From: Candidatus Sigynarchaeum calidifontis | GTDB taxonomy: Archaea; Asgardarchaeota; Lokiarchaeia; Sigyniarchaeales; Sigyniarchaeaceae | NCBI GenBank assembly: GCA_030587475.2 | Contig: JAUQYZ020000095.1 | Coordinates: 1 to 23,425, forward strand | DNA length: 23,425 nucleotides | Direction of reading: 5' to 3' | The notes under the pieces: generated by a model | What the model was told of the DNA's origin: nothing | Database searches by the model: none | What the model saw: only the letters and a program-made list of their open reading frames with translations | Position numbers and translations under genes: made by a program | Shown: positions 1 through 7,662 of the stretch, piece by piece | How the letters are laid out: each line of letters starts with the position of its first letter | Numbering within the stretch: position 1 is the stretch's first letter

Positions 1-38
1 TTTTCAACATCCTGAAATGGTTAATTGAAGGGGGTTTT

Positions 39-233
39 TCACCCGTCTTTTCCAAGATTCCTTTTTTTCATCGCTTTCGTAGGAAAGAGAACAGCAATTT
101 TCTTGCCTTGCCACTTGACGAACTTTTCAATGCAACCGGAACAAATGTCGGCAGAATGCTGTTCGTCGATCATTAGGTGGTTGAAATCGGCACTGTAATC
201 GGCGATCTCCTTCTCGTACAAGCTACACTTCAT
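39..233 (-). CDS. Small hypothetical protein, zinc-finger-like (CxxY...CxxC)
   Basis: ATG at 233 gives 64 aa MKCSLYEKEI...ADICSGCIEKFVKWQ...LFPTKAMKKR. The upstream extension to 341 in the ORF track does not look protein-like. Confidence 0.6.
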   Translation of the reverse strand: MKCSLYEKEIADYSADFNHLMIDEQHSADICSGCIEKFVKWQGKKIAVLFPTKAMKKRNLGKDG

Positions 234-383
234 ACTTTGTTCCTCTTTTTCTACCAATTTAAGACATTCTCGCCGATTATGACCTTCGCCACGCTCAAGT
301 TTTAGGTAATGTCGACCAATTATACCTTGTGACGCATGCACGTTCCCTGGAGCGGTAGATAGGATGGTAAGGCCTGATTTGAC

Positions 384-617
384 ATGAATGAGAGCGCCTT
401 GAACGAGGCGAGAGGCTTCGTGTGTTTGCTCGGCGTGATTTTCATCGTTTTAGGCTTCGTCATTATATTGGTGTTTCCTGCCGTCATTCCCTCTTTCCTC
501 CAGAACGGGGTTAACCATAACGGCTGGTGGCTCGTGGTGTTTGGTGCAATCGGATTGATGATATCATTCTGGGGCGGTTCCCGCGATGCTAAAAAGCCGC
601 CTCGCCGTTCTCAATGA
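384..617 (+). CDS. Small two-TM membrane protein
   Basis: 77 aa with two hydrophobic stretches (GFVCLLGVIFIVLGFVIILVFPAVI; WWLVVFGAIGLMISFWGG) and a basic tail. Confidence 0.6.
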   Translation: MNESALNEARGFVCLLGVIFIVLGFVIILVFPAVIPSFLQNGVNHNGWWLVVFGAIGLMISFWGGSRDAKKPPRRSQ

Positions 618-730
618 CCATGTCGTCTACTCCGACATGTGTGGACTTGGCAAAGGAAAACTCACGTCGTGGTCAAAATAACTTAGTAGGGAGTTCGATT
701 CCTCCCCCGTTTCATTTCAACAAGTTTTTG

Positions 731-738
731 AAAAAAAA
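731..738 (-). terminator. Oligo-T archaeal terminator candidate for the 7-TM gene
   Basis: A8 run on + (T8 on -) 6 nt downstream of the stop at 745. Confidence 0.45.
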
Positions 739-744
739 TAGCGA

Positions 745-1443
745 TCACGTGGTTATTATCCGGGAATCCTCCTCGACCTTTCGCGTCGAGACTGGCGGCC
801 TGAAGAATCCCCAGAAGATGAAGATCCAGGCGATCAGATCAATGATCTCGCAGATCCAGCTGAGTCCCCAACCCCCCGTTCCTATTTTTATCAATGATGG
901 TCGTATCACGTGGGATATGGCCGTGATCACGCATCCTATTGCCACGACCAGCGAGTTGAACTTGTTCATAAGCCTTCTTAGCCGATACGTGAAAAAAAAC
1001 GTGAATGTCAACACGAGGATCACAGGAAAGACAAAATAGGTCAAACTCATAGAGAGCGATTGATAATCAGGTGCCAAGAGTGCCGTGGCGACGAATACTG
1101 ACGCATAACTCGAGAGGATGCCGAGATTTGCCCGCTTCTTCGATTTGAACCAGATGAGTAGCACGGAGCCGATAAACCCTGTCATGTATATCGCCATCAC
1201 GATGTACCTGATTCTCGTTATGGCCAAAAAAGCGGGGCTGGCGTCTTGCGGGCCGAAGTTCATCTGTATATACAAGTCCACGACTTTTCCCAGCATAAAA
1301 GCAAAAAAGATCAAGGCAAACACGAACGGGAAATCTGTGAGAAATCGCTTGCTACAACCCATCCAGCTTTTCAATAAAAGCAAGCCACATGCGAACAAGA
1401 TGACGATCCTTGACGAGAGCAAAATCGTTAATTCGATGTCCAT
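745..1443 (-). CDS. Seven-transmembrane hypothetical membrane protein
   Basis: Seven hydrophobic segments by eye from MDIELTILLSS to IFIFWGFF. Likely start is ATG 1443 (alternatives 1479, 1503). Confidence 0.75.
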   Translation of the reverse strand: MDIELTILLSSRIVILFACGLLLLKSWMGCSKRFLTDFPFVFALIFFAFMLGKVVDLYIQMNFGPQDASPAFLAITRIRYIVMAIYMTGFIGSVLLIWFKSKKRANLGILSSYASVFVATALLAPDYQSLSMSLTYFVFPVILVLTFTFFFTYRLRRLMNKFNSLVVAIGCVITAISHVIRPSLIKIGTGGWGLSWICEIIDLIAWIFIFWGFFRPPVSTRKVEEDSRIITT

Positions 1444-1519
1444 TTTTATCACGGCTTGGAGATACCAATTGCCGCTCATATGGAATAAACCTTTAAAAAC
1501 CACGTAAAAACCATCGACA

Positions 1520-3130
1520 TCACCAACGGCGGTCGGGGGTTAATGGCACCACGTCCGCCGTTTCCATGTACCACTTGAGCAAGCGACGACGCAAATCGTT
1601 CGCGATGGATGCCATGGCCGGGTCATCGATGCGGTTAACGGTCTCGCAAGGATCGATTGCAAGGTCATAGAGCTCGTCCGTTTCGTACAAGCGCATCACG
1701 AACTTGTACCGTCTGGTGCGGCACATGGCGGCCTTCGTGTGGTATGGGCCGCTATCATCCATCTGGAGGGAAAGCCGAGGCCAATACGGGCTCCCCGGAT
1801 TCGTGGAAAACGTGCTTTCGAGCTCCATGCAATGTTTTTCGCCAACCAGCCGCCCTCCCTCGCAGAACACTGCGTCACGATGCTCTTGCGCGCCAATCTC
1901 GCCGCGAATAATGGGTAAAAGGGATTTTCCGAATGACCAATACCCCGGTTCGATGCCCGTGAGGTCATACACGGTCGCGGAGAAATCGACGAGCTCGACG
2001 AGGGCATTGCAAACGTTCGGCTGCCCGTTTGAGATTCCCGGTTGCCTGGCCACGGGAACGCTCGCCGGAGGCTTGACGACGAACGGCACGTGGCTGAGGC
2101 AGTCCTCGAACGTGTTCTGGTTCTTTTCCACGAGCCCGTAATCGCCCGTGAAGTCGCCATGGTCGGAAAATACGAAGATGGCCGTGTCATCATAGATGCC
2201 CTTTTGTTTCAAGGCCTCGACGAGCATGCCAAGCTGATGATCCACGCGGGCGATCATTCCCAGGTACACCGCCCGCAACTCGGCCCAGCGTGCCTCAGTC
2301 CAGCCCTTTAAATTCTGGCGTTCCGCGATCCCTTTCAAAATGCTTGGTTTCTTTGCGGCATCCCAGTCGGGCGAGGGTATGCGGTGGGGGACCTTCGCGC
2401 GGTCGATCATGGAGAAAAAGGGTTCCTCGACGCGGTATTCTGGGTGGGGGAAGTTGAGGGGTAAATAGATGCAAGCAGGCCGCCTGCCCGGCGCGTTCCA
2501 ACCCTTGATGAAATCGATTGCCCCTAGCACGTAACCCCAATCGGCATCACCGAATCCGGGCGGGCTTTCTTCCGCATTTTCGCAAGCGAAGGCGGGGTCA
2601 TCGCGTTGCAAATCCGCCCACGAGCGCAGGCGTCCCTCGAAAAACGAATAATAGGTGTCGGAGCCCGGCTCGCCGCGGTGATCGGCCATCTGGAATAACG
2701 GCGCCCGGTTCCAGCGTTCCCAGTCCTTGGCACTCGGCTGGAAACGTATATCGCAATACAGGTTCTTGCCTATTTTTTCTTCGTTCCAGTGCTGGGCAGG
2801 TGTCAAGTCGTTTTTACCCCCCCACCAGACAAAATATCCCTCGCGTTTCAAGATCGCTAGGAGATTCGGCTCGCCGTGCTCCGGGTGCAGCATGTGAAAC
2901 ATGGTACGGTGACCGCGGGTGTGCGGATACCAGCCCGTCATGAAGGAGCACCGGCTCGGCGTGCAAACGGGATTCTGGCAGAATGCCCACTTGAAGCTCA
3001 CCCCCTCGGTGGCGAGGCTATCCAGGTTCGGCGTCACCGCGGCCTCGCAGCCGAGGTGGTGCACGAAATCGCCACGCCACTGGTCGGGATTTAAAATAAC
3101 GATGTTGGGGAGATCGCGCTTCTCGGCCAT
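1520..3130 (-). CDS. Formylglycine-dependent (Cys-type) sulfatase, choline/aryl-sulfatase-like, cytoplasmic
   Basis: PNIVILNPDQWR N-terminus, CTPSRCSFMTG (CxPxR), PHP, FSDHGD and ELYDL..DP.E motifs. No signal peptide. ATG 3130 preferred because a TTTTAAG box lies about 24 nt upstream. Confidence 0.92.
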   Translation of the reverse strand: MAEKRDLPNIVILNPDQWRGDFVHHLGCEAAVTPNLDSLATEGVSFKWAFCQNPVCTPSRCSFMTGWYPHTRGHRTMFHMLHPEHGEPNLLAILKREGYFVWWGGKNDLTPAQHWNEEKIGKNLYCDIRFQPSAKDWERWNRAPLFQMADHRGEPGSDTYYSFFEGRLRSWADLQRDDPAFACENAEESPPGFGDADWGYVLGAIDFIKGWNAPGRRPACIYLPLNFPHPEYRVEEPFFSMIDRAKVPHRIPSPDWDAAKKPSILKGIAERQNLKGWTEARWAELRAVYLGMIARVDHQLGMLVEALKQKGIYDDTAIFVFSDHGDFTGDYGLVEKNQNTFEDCLSHVPFVVKPPASVPVARQPGISNGQPNVCNALVELVDFSATVYDLTGIEPGYWSFGKSLLPIIRGEIGAQEHRDAVFCEGGRLVGEKHCMELESTFSTNPGSPYWPRLSLQMDDSGPYHTKAAMCRTRRYKFVMRLYETDELYDLAIDPCETVNRIDDPAMASIANDLRRRLLKWYMETADVVPLTPDRRW

Positions 3131-3154
3131 GGTTTCATGTTGACCGGGCGATGA

Positions 3155-3161
3155 CTTAAAA
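3155..3161 (-). promoter_or_regulatory. TATA-box candidate for the sulfatase (leaderless)
   Basis: TTTTAAG on - strand about 24 nt before ATG 3130. Confidence 0.45.
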
Positions 3162-3311
3162 GTAGTTCTCGAGATGGCCTGCAACCATTTACTTCTTTTT
3201 TCACGCGTTCTTGGGCGAGTTTCGTTTTTGATCGGAAAAGGCCACGGATCGTTACATACTTTAACCCGACCGCGTAGGCTACCACGTCACGAGCAAGCCG
3301 TCTGATGCCAA

Positions 3312-4406
3312 ATGGTCGATCGTTCCAAGCCACCAGGATCCATAACCCGGAAGGAAATCCAGCAGGAACCCGATGCGGTCCGCGAGGCCCTCGACCAACA
3401 CGACGTTTTTATGGCGGCAGCCAAGAAAATCCATGAGCGGAAACCAAAAATTATCATCATAACCGGTAGCGGCACGTCGTACCACGCAGCGAATGCTGCC
3501 ATGTATTTTCTTCACGTCTTTGCCAAGATGGATTGTTACAGCATTCATCCTTCGGAATTTCAATATTTTATTCGCCCGATCCTCGATCAAGAGACCGTAG
3601 TAATCGTAATAAGTCAATCCGGCGAATCAACTGACACTATAAACGCTGCCGAGGTTGCCAGCGAGAAAGGTGCCCTTGTCATCCCCATCGTGAACGAGGC
3701 CGAGTCCACGCTCGCGCGGAAGTTCCCTGGTACGGTCATCTTCTCCAGAGCGGGCAAGGAAACATCGGTACTGGCGACGAAGACATACACGTCACAAGTC
3801 GCGATCGTGGCGTCGATCGCCCTGGAGTTCGGCCTCGCTAGCGGAAAATTGTCCGAGGCAGATTACAAGGCGAACGTTCGTGAACTCGACATGATCCCGG
3901 ATCGCATCGAAGTCATGCGTGAGAACGTGCAATCAGATGCCAAGAAAATAGCCAAGTATCTGAAATTTCTCGATCGCGCCTTCGTTTTGGGTGCAGGTCC
4001 CGACATCGCCACGGCCATGGAGGGTGCGCTCAAGCTCGCAGAAGGTTCCCGGATAATTGCTCAAGGCTATTCATCCAATGAATTTCTTCACGGCCCAATT
4101 ACACTCGCGGATCGACAGAGCCTGGTCATCACCCTCGTCCCACCCGTTGTCGACGAGCAAGAAAAAGATTTTATAAAAATCATCGATCGCGTCAAGCAGC
4201 AAGGGGCTAGCGTCCTTGCCGTCACGAGCCGCGTGGAGGATCTTCCCGAGTCTGTCGACTTCAAGATCACGATACCCAAGTGTCCAATGGAATTCAACCC
4301 TTTGGTTTCGATCGTCCCGATCCAATACCTCGTGCTCGAGATCGCGCTGGAAAAGGCGCTCGATCCCGACAAGCCCGAGTGGCTCACCAAGGTTGCCCGG
4401 ATATAG
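3312..4406 (+). CDS. Double-SIS-domain sugar-phosphate deaminase/isomerase (GlmD/GlmS isomerase-domain-like)
   Basis: EIQQEP, GSGTSYHA, ISQSGES, ATKTY, AMEGALKLAE, EFLHGP and C-terminal DPDKPEWLTKV. No glutamine amidotransferase domain. Confidence 0.9.
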   Translation: MVDRSKPPGSITRKEIQQEPDAVREALDQHDVFMAAAKKIHERKPKIIIITGSGTSYHAANAAMYFLHVFAKMDCYSIHPSEFQYFIRPILDQETVVIVISQSGESTDTINAAEVASEKGALVIPIVNEAESTLARKFPGTVIFSRAGKETSVLATKTYTSQVAIVASIALEFGLASGKLSEADYKANVRELDMIPDRIEVMRENVQSDAKKIAKYLKFLDRAFVLGAGPDIATAMEGALKLAEGSRIIAQGYSSNEFLHGPITLADRQSLVITLVPPVVDEQEKDFIKIIDRVKQQGASVLAVTSRVEDLPESVDFKITIPKCPMEFNPLVSIVPIQYLVLEIALEKALDPDKPEWLTKVARI

Positions 4407-4455
4407 TCTTTCCTCCCGTGATTGCCTCTTTTTCTTGGCTATAAAAAACACGCAG

Positions 4456-4486
4456 ATTTAAACACCGGAATAGGGGGAGATCTCCC
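4456..4486 (+). promoter_or_regulatory. TATA box plus 12-bp palindrome upstream of the MFS gene
   Basis: TTTAAA at 4457-4462, about 25 nt before ATG 4487. Perfect palindrome GGGAGATCTCCC at 4475-4486. Confidence 0.5.
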
Positions 4487-5923
4487 ATGAGTCTCGAATC
4501 GAATCGAAACCTCGCTCCTTCAAGATCTTTTATGGACAAGGAAGTGAGCTGGCGCACCCGGATCGGCTTCGCGATCGGTTTTATGGGGACGCAGCTCTAC
4601 AACGGGACACAAGCAGCGTCGACCGCCTGGTTTTGGTTGAACATCATCCAGTTACCGAACGACTGGTACTCGCTCATTATGCTCGTCTTCTACAACATAT
4701 GGAACGCGGTAAATGACCCGATTTTCGCCCATCTCTCCGACCGCACGCGGACGCGGTGGGGTCGACGGATACCGTGGCTCCGGGCATTTGCACCAATCTG
4801 GTGGGTGTTCTTCGTGCTCCTCTACTTCCCACTCGTTCAGGGCCAGATTGGTCTCATCATCTGGTTCTTGTCGGTCATCCTCATCTATGATATGTGTTAC
4901 ACGATCGTTGCCAACAATTATAACACGCTTATGCCAGAGATCAGCACGAACACGAAGGAGCGCGTCCTCCTCAACACTTATGCGAACGTGTTTGGCCTCA
5001 TTGCGAACGGTCTTGCGTATCTTTTTCCCTTGCTGCTCCGCAAGAACGTGTTCCACTTCCAGCTCTACGTCGTGATCGTTGGCGGCATCGCCACTGGCAT
5101 TCTCATGATTCCCAGCTTCGTCGTGAAGGAACGTCCCATCCCGGAGGTCGAGCGCAATGCGATGGGGTTCCTGCCGTCGATCAAGGCTGCGTTGAAGAAC
5201 CGGCCGTTCCTCGCGTTCGCGGGCACGTATTTCATGAAAGAGGCTGCGATCACGCTCATCATGGCTAACTTGATCTTCTTCGCCACCCACATCCTCGATG
5301 CCGGCTCTTTACAAAGCACGTTGTTGCTCGCCCTCTTGATGATAATGTCCTTGCCAGGCTTTGCCCTCTGGGCCAAGATCGCGTTCAAGAAGGGGACTCG
5401 AGCCGTGATGGGGATTTCATCCTTCGCTGTCGCAGTGATCATGGCCTTGATCAGCTTCGTGCCATCGCCGGGTGGCTTTATTCCGTCGCTGATCATCATC
5501 GCGGGGATCGGTTTCTGCATCGCTGGCCCGATGCAGTTCGGTTACGTGATGCTCGCAGAATCAGTGGATTACGACGAGATCCGGACCAACACGCGACGCG
5601 AGGGAATATTCTACGGCACCAACGCCTTGCTCACGAAGCCCGGCATCGGCCTGGGCCAGGCAATCCTCGCCTGGGTTCTGGGTGCAACGGGCTTCGTTGC
5701 CGATGTACAGCTCCCGGACGGGACTCTCATCCCGCAATCCCAGCCCGGATCTGCCTTGATCGGCATCCGGCTGATCCAAGGCATATTGCCAGCGATCTTC
5801 ATGTTTGCAAGTCTCATTTTCGTGTATCTTTATCCCTTGACCGTCGACGCGACGAAAAAAATGAAAGAAGAGCTAGCGCGCGTGCACGAGGCCAAATTTG
5901 GCAAATCCGCCAGCACCAATTGA
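4487..5923 (+). CDS. MFS transporter, glycoside-pentoside-hexuronide (GPH/MelB-like) family
   Basis: About 12 TM helices, NAVNDPIFAHLSDRTRTRWGRRIPW motif and ESVDYDE...RREGIFYG motif. Confidence 0.93.
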   Translation: MSLESNRNLAPSRSFMDKEVSWRTRIGFAIGFMGTQLYNGTQAASTAWFWLNIIQLPNDWYSLIMLVFYNIWNAVNDPIFAHLSDRTRTRWGRRIPWLRAFAPIWWVFFVLLYFPLVQGQIGLIIWFLSVILIYDMCYTIVANNYNTLMPEISTNTKERVLLNTYANVFGLIANGLAYLFPLLLRKNVFHFQLYVVIVGGIATGILMIPSFVVKERPIPEVERNAMGFLPSIKAALKNRPFLAFAGTYFMKEAAITLIMANLIFFATHILDAGSLQSTLLLALLMIMSLPGFALWAKIAFKKGTRAVMGISSFAVAVIMALISFVPSPGGFIPSLIIIAGIGFCIAGPMQFGYVMLAESVDYDEIRTNTRREGIFYGTNALLTKPGIGLGQAILAWVLGATGFVADVQLPDGTLIPQSQPGSALIGIRLIQGILPAIFMFASLIFVYLYPLTVDATKKMKEELARVHEAKFGKSASTN

Positions 5924-5931
5924 ATTCAGCA

Positions 5932-5939
5932 TTTTTTTT
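5932..5939 (+). terminator. Oligo-T terminator candidate after the MFS gene
   Basis: T8 run 8 nt after the stop, between convergent genes. Confidence 0.5.
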
Positions 5940-5964
5940 CCTCCATGAATCTTTATTCCACACG

Positions 5965-6822
5965 TCATGGTATATTGGCCGGGGAGCGAAGAGTGTCCTT
6001 GTCGGTCGTGATCACGTAGTCCTTGCCACGAATGTGCGTGACCGGGTAATCATCCCCCGGAGAACCGAAAAGCGCGATCCGGAGCACTGTATTCGCCCAA
6101 TCGCAAGGTGTCCCGTTCCGGCAATAAAGCCGTATCCGTTGGGAACCCAGGATCTGCCTCATGCCGATGGTAAACGCTTCCCGTGGGAAAGTTTCGAGAT
6201 TTCCGCCGACTGCTGCCCGAACGGCATTGATCGTGATCGTGTAATCGTTCAACCGCACCCTCCTCGAACCCAAACCAGCGATGCCAGGCTGGGGTTCGTT
6301 GAACGCGACGTGCCCGTGGATGCCGATGCCACCATAACACGTGTCGATCCCCCCGACTTGTTCGATAAGGGTGTCGATGCTGTCGATCGTCTTTTCCGTG
6401 GGGAAGACCACGCGCCGAAGATCCAAACCACTTTCAGCCGGGATCCTCGAGAGAAACAAGTCAAGGGCGATGCGCTGGAAGCTCAAGGGGTGATCGAGAC
6501 CGACAGCCCGGCCATCGTCGCTACAGTATTCGTCCATGAAGAAAAACCAGCAATTTTCGAGTCCGATTCTGTCTTTGCTGATTAACTCGGCCAGGTAAGG
6601 ATACTGGCCGAAAGGCCCGACGGGTAGTATAAGGCGCGAGGGGAGCCCTTGTATGTTCCTGGTCCTGATATCCCCCGCTATGTCCGCGGCGAAACGCCGG
6701 TGCAGCGCGTCGATATCGTCACACACGACGAGATGGTTTCCGGCTGCCGCAATAACGTCGTCAGGGCTCATGCGGAGCAACCGGCGGATCTCTTGCTTGC
6801 GGTCGATCACTCGCGCCGTCAC
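5965..6822 (-). CDS. Glucosamine-6-phosphate deaminase/isomerase (NagB)-family protein, divergent PVGP subtype
   Basis: LILPVGP, FFMDEY, HPLSF, GGIGIHGHVAFNEP and AFTIGMRQIL motifs. GTG start overlaps the upstream TGA by 4 nt. Confidence 0.85.
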   Translation of the reverse strand: MTARVIDRKQEIRRLLRMSPDDVIAAAGNHLVVCDDIDALHRRFAADIAGDIRTRNIQGLPSRLILPVGPFGQYPYLAELISKDRIGLENCWFFFMDEYCSDDGRAVGLDHPLSFQRIALDLFLSRIPAESGLDLRRVVFPTEKTIDSIDTLIEQVGGIDTCYGGIGIHGHVAFNEPQPGIAGLGSRRVRLNDYTITINAVRAAVGGNLETFPREAFTIGMRQILGSQRIRLYCRNGTPCDWANTVLRIALFGSPGDDYPVTHIRGKDYVITTDKDTLRSPANIP

Positions 6823-7595
6823 CCCTTCTTCAAAAGGGTCAAGATGTTTTTCCAGAATATCAAGCTCCTCGTTTCGTCGTCGATGCCCAGCGCGTCGAGC
6901 CTGGCGTTGTCCTCGGCGATCACAGCGGGGATGCTTTCGGCCGTGACGTCGGTACCGAACACGACCTTCTTAAAGGCCCCCGGCCACCACAAGTATTTCG
7001 AAGCCCCCTCCATGTCAAGCCGCTTCCGCCAGCCGCCTGGCTCGCCGGTCAGGTCGATGTACACGTTTTTTCGCATCCTCGCGAGCTCTGCTGCGTCCAT
7101 GTTCCAGTGCACGCCGAGGTGGGCAATGATCACCTTCAAGTCCGGGCATTCGCGCGTTATGGGCTCGATCCGCATGGGGTGCGTGTGCCAGGAAGATATG
7201 TGCTCGCCTGGCCACTCGCCCCTGGTCGTGATGACTCCTGAATGGAAAAGCACGGGCAGATCGAGCTCCTCGGCGGCCCGCCAGAGCGGGATGCACGATG
7301 GATCGTCGTATGGCGTTCGTGGCAGCGTCACCTTGAGCATGAAGAACCCTTCATCCCTTGCCGTCTTCACGCTTTCGATGTTGTCTACGCCCGGGCGTAT
7401 GAACTTTGCACCGATGAAGCGATGCGGGTATTTTTCAACGAGCCGCTGTATGGCCTGGTTATCGATGCAGCCGAACATCGGGCCTAGCCCCGATATCACG
7501 CATTTCTCGATCCCGCATTTGTCCATCGTCGCGATCAATCGCTCCGGGTAGCCGGGTTGGTCGAGCACGTGGGCGTGCGCATCGACGAGCCGCAT
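6819..7595 (-). CDS. Metal-dependent amidohydrolase (Amidohydro_2-like TIM barrel)
   Basis: VDAHAH (HxH), PVLFHSG, IIAHLG and VVFGTD motifs. Confidence 0.9.
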   Translation of the reverse strand: MRLVDAHAHVLDQPGYPERLIATMDKCGIEKCVISGLGPMFGCIDNQAIQRLVEKYPHRFIGAKFIRPGVDNIESVKTARDEGFFMLKVTLPRTPYDDPSCIPLWRAAEELDLPVLFHSGVITTRGEWPGEHISSWHTHPMRIEPITRECPDLKVIIAHLGVHWNMDAAELARMRKNVYIDLTGEPGGWRKRLDMEGASKYLWWPGAFKKVVFGTDVTAESIPAVIAEDNARLDALGIDDETRSLIFWKNILTLLKKG

Positions 7596-7662
7596 GTTTC
7601 GTACCTTGAAAGCAGCGCTTAAAAAGGTATGTGGTGGATATTGGTGCGAGGTGAACAGAATA

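Noticed and set aside
640-715. Possible complete tRNA (including tRNA-Sec)
   Set aside because: Only a T-arm-like piece is present; no acceptor 5' strand, D-arm or anticodon arm could be built.
5920-7551. 221-aa and 300-aa plus-strand ORFs opposite the NagB-like and amidohydrolase genes
   Set aside because: They fully overlap motif-bearing genes on the other strand and have non-protein-like composition.
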